Positions 28,401 through 34,773 of a stretch of DNA of 64,000 bases are shown here, piece after piece. The DNA is taken from positions 1,417 to 65,416 of the forward strand of contig WRHI01000003.1 in assembly GCA_009783315.1 (NCBI GenBank), given 5' to 3'. The notes beneath the pieces were generated by a model. That model ran no database searches. It was not told the DNA's origin and saw only the letters and a list, made by a program, of their open reading frames with translations. The position numbers and the translations under genes were made by a program. Origin of the DNA: Peptococcaceae bacterium (GTDB lineage: Bacteria > Bacillota > Desulfitobacteriia > Desulfitobacteriales > Syntrophobotulaceae). Each line of letters begins with the position of its first letter. Positions within the stretch are counted from its first letter, which is position 1.

Positions 28401-29220
28401 GAACCAACTCTATCAGCTGCGCGGCCGTATTGGTCGATCCGACCGCAAAGCATACGCCTATTTTCTTTACGCGCCCCAAAAAGTTCTCACAGAAGAAGCC
28501 GAAACCCGCCTGCGCACAATCCGCGAATTCACAGAGCTGGGCGCCGGTTACAAGATTGCTATGCGTGATCTGGAAATCAGAGGCGCTGGCAATCTGATCG
28601 GCGGCGAACAGCATGGGCATATGGCAGCCGTAGGGTTTAGCATGTACACCCAGATGCTGCAGCAAGAAGTAGAAAAACTGCGGCGCCTCGGCGACGAAAA
28701 AACCATGGGCCAACATGATGAAGAAGAAATTGTGCCCGCGATTGACATCAATATACAGGCTCTGCTGCCTGACGAATTCGTTCCTGACCGGCAGATCAAA
28801 GCGAACCTTTATCAGCGCATCTTAGGCATCGCCAACGAAGAAGAAATTGACGCTATGTGGGAAGAGCTGGTAGACAGGTTTGGCACGCCCCCGGCTGTCG
28901 TTGAAAACCTTTTCTGCGTTGTTCGCATCAAATTGTTGATGAAGCAGCTAAAAATTGATCAAATCGAACAAAACCACGACATCTTCAGCATTCGTTTTTG
29001 CGCCGATCCGGGATTTAGCGGCGAACAATTCCTCAGGATCACCTCTGAGTCGCCGTATGCCATCTCGATAGCGGCGAACGCATCCTCATTGGAATTGAAA
29101 GTGAACACAAAAGAGAAGAATAAACTGAAGGAGAGGACGAATATTCTTTCACAGGAGAAAAACATTCTCTTCGAGCTGCAAAAACTACTTACGCGCCTTC
29201 GCGTTGAAGGGTTGGGATAG
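25495..29220 (+). CDS. mfd: transcription-repair coupling factor
   Basis: 1241 aa. Contains a CarD-like domain (GDYLVHAHHGVGKF), helicase motifs (GDVGYGKTEVA, DEEQRFGV, TATPIPRT, QLRGRIGR) and a TRG motif. Carries a repeat-derived low-complexity insert near residues 115-160. Confidence 0.95.
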   Translation: MGILNDYLDNGLGLAQAEAALTKGLNPQSVYQISGSQKTAWTARWLHSHPGFIVTYGEEQARKWLEDLQSWLPERPVYLFQPNEWMDLDIVSHTRPNAEGRCRVLDVLTQYLEQSLMSPEPLSQAEQTSQPERPQPDAAQINNCQLSTVNCQLPLVVLPVQALVQKLVSPQRRQASCLVLQTGQTYPPDTLIRELVRMGYRREKMAEEPGSFAVRGGICDIVPLAAPPTRLEFFDDEIDSIRTFDLETQKSLVNLSAVTVSPVAEIILSRGEIETIRWTARVQAQKTRGRLENMGSEEACRRLDNRVKRLEERLDGGVIDESVYPYLMLLNEPFVTLLDYLPAQARVVFDEPHKMKDQVVFLHKQRQRDFMADLERGEAFVDGEAMYCRFEEAVEAAKRFALNGLSSLEHSILALTPRYHLPVPVKGLAPYLKTTQFLDDLERWLQQGYSVLLCAGSEEYAERLLQALRERGTSADTLPPERALTPGRVFVAPFSLENGFALPESKLVVFSELEIYQRDRKERRTAARRVQALAARSEKGFESDKNMPLGNLQPGDYLVHAHHGVGKFIGLEKIEFEGVAREYFSLQYAGEDRLYVPVYQVELLQRYLGAEAEARPRLNKMGGSDWQKAKSRAKSAIRELAIDLLALYAEREKIKGFAFPPDDTWQQEFEDQFEYDETPDQRRCIQEIKKDMMKNQPMDRLLCGDVGYGKTEVAMRAVFKAVASGKQVAVLVPTTILAQQHFTTFQERFKNYPVTVDMLCRLRSVKEQNAAIRGLRGGTVDVVVGTHRLISESVKYKDLGLLVVDEEQRFGVEQKEKIKSLRKNVDVLTLSATPIPRTLHMSLVGLRDMSIISTPPEHRYPVQTYIAEYSPELIRGAIQREMQRNGQVYYVYNRIEGLEKITAYLSRLVPEARLCMVHGRMPEVQLEKEMLSFINKEKDVLVCTTIIETGLDIANVNTLIVDEADCFGLNQLYQLRGRIGRSDRKAYAYFLYAPQKVLTEEAETRLRTIREFTELGAGYKIAMRDLEIRGAGNLIGGEQHGHMAAVGFSMYTQMLQQEVEKLRRLGDEKTMGQHDEEEIVPAIDINIQALLPDEFVPDRQIKANLYQRILGIANEEEIDAMWEELVDRFGTPPAVVENLFCVVRIKLLMKQLKIDQIEQNHDIFSIRFCADPGFSGEQFLRITSESPYAISIAANASSLELKVNTKEKNKLKERTNILSQEKNILFELQKLLTRLRVEGLG
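25921..25955 (+). repeat. heptamer array (AATTGTC) x 5 inside the mfd ORF
   Basis: Reads aattgtc aattgtc aactgtc aattgtc aattgcc, translated in frame as NCQLSTVNCQLP. Confidence 0.9.
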
Positions 29221-29354
29221 AATACGTGTTGTTCTTTCGGGACGCAAGAAGAATTGCTTTTTTTGCCAGAAACTGTTATAATTATGCGAAAGCTGTTGGA
29301 GACGCCTAATGAAAGCCAGATGGGTTTTGAGGTAAGGAGGTGAGAAGAAAAGCA

Positions 29355-30287
29355 ATGAGGGTGAAGCTGTGGGGTTTGGGTTCATTGGTTCTCTTGTGTT
29401 GTGGGTTTCTGCTTTCCGGCTGCGGGTCCGGTTATTTCGTCAAGATTGATGGCGTAAAACTTGCGGTTTCGGCTCTTAATGAGAATTATGCGGCGGCTGA
29501 ACCGTACTACGTGGATATGGGATACGAGTTTGATAGTGATGATATGAGACGCAGTCTGAGGAAGTTTATCGCAGGGAACATGATTATGGCGGAGATTGCC
29601 CGGGCAGATATGGAAATGCAGAAATGGGAAAGTGAAATACCGGAAGTGTTGGCGGACATCGAGAACAGCAAGAACAATGATCCGGAATGGTTCCAAATGT
29701 ATCTTGACATCAATGGTTTGACGGAGCAACAAATGGTACGGTGCCTGACACATTTCGAATATGTTACCAGAGATATAAATGTAACAGAAGAAGAGGTCAG
29801 GCAGTTTTTTGTAGATAATCTGGAAAACCCGGCATTCGCCAATGAACTTGGTGAGAAAGTAACGGCGCGTCATATTCTTGTGAATACAGAAGAAGAAGCG
29901 AAAGAAGTGATTGCCCGGTTGAAAGCCGGGGAAGGTTTTGCCGCTTTGGTAGAAGAAAAATCTCAGGATCCGGGATCAATAAGCAACGGCGGCAAATATG
30001 AGGACATTACGCGCGGTCAAATGGTAGCGGAATTTGAGGACGCGGCTTTCAGCCTAAACCCCGGCGAACGGTCTGAGCCGATACAGACGACCTACGGCTT
30101 CCATATTATTGAAACCTTGGAGCACAAACCTGGGAAAACCGCAGAGGATTTTGAAGAGTTTCGTTCCACGATGGAAACCTATATGTTGGATGAAGCCAAG
30201 AGCGTCAAATATGATACGGTTTACAGGCAGTTGCTTGAAGGAGCCAAAATCGATTACGCAAAGGGATATGAGTATCTGAAAGATTGA
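29355..30287 (+). CDS. prsA: PpiC/parvulin-type peptidyl-prolyl isomerase lipoprotein (PrsA-like)
   Basis: Lipobox LLSGCGS. Parvulin core ARHILV...S.D.GS...GG......G.MV.EFE.AAF......S.PI.T.YGFHII. The start is uncertain among 29340, 29355 and 29361. Confidence 0.8.
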   Translation: MRVKLWGLGSLVLLCCGFLLSGCGSGYFVKIDGVKLAVSALNENYAAAEPYYVDMGYEFDSDDMRRSLRKFIAGNMIMAEIARADMEMQKWESEIPEVLADIENSKNNDPEWFQMYLDINGLTEQQMVRCLTHFEYVTRDINVTEEEVRQFFVDNLENPAFANELGEKVTARHILVNTEEEAKEVIARLKAGEGFAALVEEKSQDPGSISNGGKYEDITRGQMVAEFEDAAFSLNPGERSEPIQTTYGFHIIETLEHKPGKTAEDFEEFRSTMETYMLDEAKSVKYDTVYRQLLEGAKIDYAKGYEYLKD

Positions 30288-30298
30288 AATGGCGGCAG

Positions 30299-30372
30299 AA
30301 GAGAGACAGAGATAGGGATTGAGACAGAGACTGAGACAGAGACAGAGACTGAGACAGAGATAAGGATTAGGG
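30299..30372. repeat. hexamer microsatellite (GAGACA/GAGACT)n bounded by gagata(g/a)ggatt
   Basis: Reads gagagacagagatagggatt gagacagagact gagacagagacagagact gagacagagataaggatt. It begins 12 nt downstream of the prsA-like stop. Confidence 0.9.
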
Positions 30373-30474
30373 CCAGGAAGGTGAATGGGGTGATTTGCTG
30401 ATGTTTGTTTCCTCGCAACGGTTTAGCGCTGTCGGTTTTTTGGACTGGCAATTATCTTGCGAGGTGGAAAAATA

Positions 30475-30505
30475 TGAATAACAAACCCAAATCGGATATA
30501 TACTA
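30475..30505 (+). promoter_or_regulatory. candidate forespore sigma-G/sigma-F-type promoter of spoVT
   Basis: TGAATA, an 18 nt spacer, then TATACTA. The sigma-G consensus is GAATA-N17-18-CATACTA, and spoVT is sigma-G dependent in B. subtilis. Confidence 0.45.
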
Positions 30506-30542
30506 ACACTGAATTTAGTTGTCAAGGAAAAGGAGGGAGATA

Positions 30543-31082
30543 ATGAAAGCAACGGGAATAGTCAGACGAATTGATGATTTAGGTCGCGTCGTTATCCCTA
30601 AAGAGATCCGTAGGACTTTGCGTATCCGTGAAGGAGATCCTCTAGAAATCTTTGTAGACAGAGAAGGGGAAGTTATCCTGAAAAAGTATTCGCCCATCGG
30701 CGAATTGGGTGACTACGCGAAAGAATATGCCGATTCTCTTTTTGAAACAACCGGCCATATTGCTTGTATTGCGGACAGAGACGTCATCATCGCGGTTTCT
30801 GGTGCCTCTAAGAAGGATTTTCTGAACAAAACCTTGAGTGCCGAAGCTGAAAGAGCTATGGATGAACGCAAGACGATATTTACATCTGACGGCAGCGTTC
30901 TGTCTGAAGGTGACGAAAAGGGCCGCATGGTCAGCCAAGTCATCGCTCCGATTATTACTGAAGGAGACCCCATAGGCGTAGTCATACTTATGTCTAAGGA
31001 TCCCAACACAAAAATGGGCGAATTGGAAGCAAAGCTGGTGGAAACAGCCGCAGGGTTCTTGGCGAAGCAAATGGAGCAGTAG
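30543..31082 (+). CDS. spoVT: stage V sporulation protein T (AbrB-family transcription regulator)
   Basis: Starts MKATGIVRRIDDLGRVVIPKEIRRTLRIREGDPLEIF (SpoVT-AbrB swapped hairpin) and has a C-terminal GAF-like domain. The AAGGAGGGAG RBS precedes ATG 30543. Confidence 0.9.
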   Translation: MKATGIVRRIDDLGRVVIPKEIRRTLRIREGDPLEIFVDREGEVILKKYSPIGELGDYAKEYADSLFETTGHIACIADRDVIIAVSGASKKDFLNKTLSAEAERAMDERKTIFTSDGSVLSEGDEKGRMVSQVIAPIITEGDPIGVVILMSKDPNTKMGELEAKLVETAAGFLAKQMEQ

Positions 31083-31146
31083 CACTCTTTTTTGTCTCAT
31101 ATTCGATGTTTTGGCGCTGAAGAGCTCAATTTTAGGAAGCGCTTTG

Positions 31147-31180
31147 GAACTGCCGGATAGTTGTCCGGCAGTTCTTTGTG
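31147..31180 (+). terminator. hairpin downstream of spoVT
   Basis: gaactgccgga-tagttg-tccggcagttc followed by tttgtgg. The stem is 11 bp and the U-tract is weak. Confidence 0.45.
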
Positions 31181-31196
31181 GTAAGGAGCTGGTCCA

Positions 31197-32021
31197 ATGG
31201 ACATAAATCATGATCTCGACCAATTTTCCGGTTTGACCAAACTCAAAAAAATTATGGCGCGCCTGCGATCCGAGGAAGGTTGTCCTTGGGATCGTGAGCA
31301 GACACATTTTTCCTTAAAAAAATATCTTTTGGAAGAGACATACGAGGTTTTACAGGCAATTGATGAGTCAAACATGTATAATTTACGGGAAGAATTGGGA
31401 GACTTGTTACTGCAGGTCGTTTTTCATGCTCAAATGGCTGAAGAAGAAGGTGAGTTTACTCTAGAGGACATCATCGATAATCTCAACGAAAAAATGCTTC
31501 GCCGTCATCCCCATGTTTTTGAGGCGGCTGAAGCCAAGCCCGGGAAGGATGGTTTCGGTGTTCACGATGTGAATAAAGCTTGGGAACAGATTAAACTGCA
31601 AGAGAAAGAGTATTCTGAGACAGGATCAGACCCGGCTTACTTGCAAACACCGAAAGGGTTGCCGGCTCTGATGTATGCGGAAGCAACCCAAAGAAAAGCG
31701 TCACAATGGGGATTTGACTGGCCGGACAAAACCGGCCCCTGGGCTAAAGTTTATGAGGAACTGGCCGAATTGGAGCAGGCCGTTGCCCAAGGTTCCCAAC
31801 AGGATCGGGTCGATGAAATGGGGGATATGCTTTTTTCTTTGGTCAATGTTTCGCGTTTTATCGGTGTTGATCCCGAAGACAGCTTGAGAAAGAGCACAAA
31901 GAAATTCCGGAAACGCTTCACAGACATGATGGAAACAATAGGAGCATTAGGGGAAAATATCGAAAATAAGTCGATAGAAGAGCTAAATGAGGTTTGGAAT
32001 ATTATAAAACTCAGAAAATGA
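31197..32021 (+). CDS. mazG: MazG nucleoside triphosphate pyrophosphohydrolase (tandem MazG domains)
   Basis: Contains LRSEEGCPWDREQTH.SL..YLLEE.YE and a second EELAEL motif. Its position matches B. subtilis yabN. Confidence 0.9.
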   Translation: MDINHDLDQFSGLTKLKKIMARLRSEEGCPWDREQTHFSLKKYLLEETYEVLQAIDESNMYNLREELGDLLLQVVFHAQMAEEEGEFTLEDIIDNLNEKMLRRHPHVFEAAEAKPGKDGFGVHDVNKAWEQIKLQEKEYSETGSDPAYLQTPKGLPALMYAEATQRKASQWGFDWPDKTGPWAKVYEELAELEQAVAQGSQQDRVDEMGDMLFSLVNVSRFIGVDPEDSLRKSTKKFRKRFTDMMETIGALGENIENKSIEELNEVWNIIKLRK

Positions 32022-32121
32022 AGGTGTTTTCGATTTTCTTGGAGCGATTTAGCAGGAGAATAGCCATGTTTAGCGAATATAGGACAAAATTGTTACTATA
32101 ATTTTATAGGAGGGACTGCTG

Positions 32122-32397
32122 TTGAATAAAGCAGAACTGGTCGCCGCGGTAGCCGAGAAGGCTGATATCACGAAAAAGGATGCTGATAAACTGGTTGTTT
32201 CAGTTTTCGAGGTCATCCGGGAAACGTTAGCAGACGGAGAGAAGGTTGCGTTGCTTGGGTTTGGCAATTTTGAAGTTGCCGACAGAAAAGAGCGCATGGG
32301 ACGCAACCCTCAGAACAACGAACCCATGAAAATTCCTGCCTGCAAAGTGCCGAAATTCAAACCTGGCAAGGATCTCAGAGACGCTGTCAACCAATAA
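32122..32397 (+). CDS. hup: DNA-binding protein HU
   Basis: Reads MNKAELV..VAEK....KKDA...V..VF..I...LA.GEKV.L.GFG.FEV..R..R.GRNPQ. TTG start. Confidence 0.95.
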   Translation: MNKAELVAAVAEKADITKKDADKLVVSVFEVIRETLADGEKVALLGFGNFEVADRKERMGRNPQNNEPMKIPACKVPKFKPGKDLRDAVNQ

Positions 32398-32410
32398 GCG
32401 GCTCGCAAAA

Positions 32411-32438
32411 AAAACCGGGATTAATCCCGGTTTTTTTT
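32411..32438 (+). terminator. Rho-independent terminator of hup
   Basis: aaaaccggga-ttaa-tcccggtttt followed by a T-run, flanked by A and T tracts, so it may work in both directions. Confidence 0.85.
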
Positions 32439-32489
32439 CGGGAAAATTCGAAATACGAACGACCGAACAATCCGGTAGGGGGAGACAGG

Positions 32490-32756
32490 ATGCGTCTGGA
32501 CAAATATTTAAAGGTTTCGAGGCTCATCAAGCGGCGAACGGTGGCTAAGGATGTGTGCGACGGCGAAAAAGTTAGTCTGAACCATCGTTTGGTCAAGCCG
32601 TCGGCTCAGGTTAACCCTGGTGATATCATTACCATCAATATGAAAAATCGTGTTCTGGAAGTAAAAGTGCTTGAGACGCCGGCCAATGTCAGGGCTGAAC
32701 AGGCAGACACATTGTATGAAGTGTTGCAGGACAGGGTTGAGGCAATGGACAATTGA
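32490..32756 (+). CDS. rqcP: S4-domain RNA-binding protein YabO/RqcP
   Basis: Starts MRLDKYLKVSRLIKRRTVAKD (S4 fold). 88 aa, with yabO-yabP-yabQ synteny. The last codons are supplied by a heptamer array. Confidence 0.8.
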   Translation: MRLDKYLKVSRLIKRRTVAKDVCDGEKVSLNHRLVKPSAQVNPGDIITINMKNRVLEVKVLETPANVRAEQADTLYEVLQDRVEAMDN

Positions 32757-32777
32757 CAATGGACAATTGTCCATTGC
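32743..32777. repeat. heptamer array, palindromic (GGACAAT / ATTGTCC)
   Basis: Reads caatggacaattgacaatggacaattgtccattgc. It overlaps the stop of yabO/rqcP. Confidence 0.9.
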
Positions 32778-32855
32778 TATTCATGTCTAATTCCAGCTCC
32801 TGGCGAATATTCTAGTACGATGAAACATTTGCGTGCTGGGTAGGAGGGTTGGAGC

Positions 32856-33152
32856 ATGATTGAACAGAGAAGTGGGCTGAAGCCGGGGTTAGGGGCGTCG
32901 AAGCATACTTTGACGATGATCGGTCGCCACACGTTGAAAGTGACGGGTGTGGGCAGCGTTAAGTCTTTTGACGAGAAGGAGATCCATTTGGAGACGCTGG
33001 AAGGAACCCTTGTTATCAGCGGAGAGGAACTGGGCGTAAAAAATCTTAATCTGGAGCAATCTCAAGTGGAGATTGAAGGCGCGATTCGTGTTTTAAGCTA
33101 TATGGCTGCCCATGTTCGCAGGAAAAAGATTATGGAGAGATTGTTTAAGTGA
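32856..33152 (+). CDS. yabP: sporulation protein YabP
   Basis: Contains HTL...GRHTLKVTGV.SV.SFDEKEI.LET..G.L.ISGE.L..KNLNLE...V.IEG. The 4 nt overlap with yabQ is conserved. Confidence 0.9.
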   Translation: MIEQRSGLKPGLGASKHTLTMIGRHTLKVTGVGSVKSFDEKEIHLETLEGTLVISGEELGVKNLNLEQSQVEIEGAIRVLSYMAAHVRRKKIMERLFK

Positions 33153-33661
33153 AAGCCGATCTAATGGTGATGGGGCTTTTGCTGCTTAGCGGAGCCTTTT
33201 CCGGACTGTTGTTTGATTTTTATAGGATGATGAGAAGAGGGAGCCGCTGGCGCCGGACGGCGACTTTTATTGGTGATGTGCTTTTTTCTATGGTCGTTCT
33301 GGGGATTCTGGTGTTCGTTTTCCGCAAAGCGAATTATCTGGAATTGCGGTTCTACCTCTTTCTGGCCAGCCTGACCGGTCTGGCTCTCTATTTAGCGGTG
33401 CTGAGCCGCAGCGCTAAGAGGTTTTTTGCCGGTTTTTTTGGTTTGTCCCAACAGGTTGGGGGCACGCTGTCCTATCAGGTAAAGGGATGGTTCGGGGTGG
33501 TGAACCGCCTTTGCCGCGCTTTGCTGGCGATACCTTACGGGATCCTGCGATGGATGGGGCTGTTGATTTACAGGATTCTGGAAGCGATCGCGCTTTCTGC
33601 GCGCCGTTCTGTGGACACGCTAAAAACTGAGCGCTCCAGGCGCAAACGGAAGCAAGAATAG
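33149..33661 (+). CDS. yabQ: spore cortex biosynthesis protein YabQ
   Basis: Membrane protein with the GLLFDFYR motif. GTG start overlaps the yabP stop. Confidence 0.8.
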   Translation: MKADLMVMGLLLLSGAFSGLLFDFYRMMRRGSRWRRTATFIGDVLFSMVVLGILVFVFRKANYLELRFYLFLASLTGLALYLAVLSRSAKRFFAGFFGLSQQVGGTLSYQVKGWFGVVNRLCRALLAIPYGILRWMGLLIYRILEAIALSARRSVDTLKTERSRRKRKQE

Positions 33662-34094
33662 AAAGAAAAGCACAAACAGCATGAGAATAAAAAGAGAAAT
33701 AATAATATATTAAAAGATATAAAAGGAAAGTTAGCAGTATTTTCAGCGTGAGAGGAGGTCGGGGAAGAGGGCGATGGGGATGAGCAGACATCATAAAAGA
33801 GAGAAACAGCAGGTGGAGAGGATATAGAGAGTTTTTATTCAAATAGATTATTTAAAAAAGCCTGGAAATATCTAGTTCCTTATTGTAGTATTAAAGAGTA
33901 ACCCTTGGACTAACCATGAATAGTACGCTGCGTTTTCATTTATATATTATACAATCATAGCAGCAGGAGTCTTAACTTATTTCTATCGGCTATCAATTCG
34001 CTGAGTGAAGCGGTCTACGGTCGGTTCTCAGCTATGATTGGATCGGCAAGCATCGCGTTCGCGATGGCAATCAATAGGGATTGGGGTGATTACT

Positions 34095-34412
34095 ATGAAA
34101 AACAAAATATCTCCAAAGCGTCAAGGGCGTAAAAAAGGGCGGAAAATGAGTCCGCTGTACGTTGTCGTGACCTTTGTCTTTTTGGTGTTGGTAATCACTT
34201 GGTCCGTTCAGCTGAATAAAACTGAGCGGGATCTGAATGCCCGTATTCAGGAGTTAACCCGGCAGAAGACGGATCTTATTGCCCAGAACGATTCCTTTCG
34301 TAAGGAAATTGAGCTTTTGAACACACCTGATTATATTGAGCAACTGGCTCGTGATAAGCTTGGGTTGGTGCGGAAAGGCGAATATGTTGTTGCGCCTAAG
34401 AAGGACAGGTAG
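34095..34412 (+). CDS. divIC: septum formation initiator (FtsB/DivIC family)
   Basis: Basic N-terminus, a single TM (LYVVVTFVFLVLVITW), a coiled coil, and C-terminal DYIEQLARDKLGLVRKGE. ATG 34095 is preferred over the track start. Confidence 0.8.
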   Translation: MKNKISPKRQGRKKGRKMSPLYVVVTFVFLVLVITWSVQLNKTERDLNARIQELTRQKTDLIAQNDSFRKEIELLNTPDYIEQLARDKLGLVRKGEYVVAPKKDR

Positions 34413-34565
34413 TATAATTGGAAAAATATAACAGATAGAGCGGCTTATCTGTTATCCTGAAGGGTGTTCTTGGAGATCCTGCGCGGATCGTCTAAGAGCC
34501 TTTTTTTTCGCCCAAATAGCACTTCTGTGTTTTGACAAGGATTCGCCCTGGGACAGGCTATAATG

Positions 34566-34626
34566 CAATGGACAATTGAGACAATGGACAATTGAGACAA
34601 TGGACAATGGACAATGGATAATGGGG
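34566..34626. repeat. heptamer array (GGACAAT / GAGACAAT units) ending in GGGG
   Basis: Reads caatggacaattgagacaatggacaattgagacaatggacaatggacaatggataatgggg. Confidence 0.9.
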
Positions 34627-34722
34627 ACAAGGTTGTGCTCATGTATCTAGCGTGGATCCTCATGCCACAAGGAGAGAAGATTTTCTTCATAACGAATTAA
34701 ACCTAAGCGAAGAATCATTAAT

Positions 34723-34755
34723 AATTGTCCATTGTCCATTGTCCATTGTCCATTG
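34723..34755. repeat. heptamer array (ATTGTCC) x 4.5, inverted relative to 34566-34626
   Basis: Reads aattgtcc attgtcc attgtcc attgtcc attg, followed by aaaaggggggg and the spoIIE start. Confidence 0.9.
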
Positions 34756-34773
34756 AAAAGGGGGGGATTCTTG

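Noticed and set aside
33770-33826. Tiny ORF MGMSRHHKREKQQVERI in the AT-rich yabQ-divIC spacer
   Set aside because: It is only 17 codons with no conservation evidence available. The spacer (33662-34094) is unusually long and AT-rich, but I could not recognise an RNA or protein gene in it.
925-34755. Heptamer arrays as CRISPR arrays
   Set aside because: The units are 7 nt and directly tandem, with no spacers, and no cas genes are present. They are microsatellite-like, not CRISPR.
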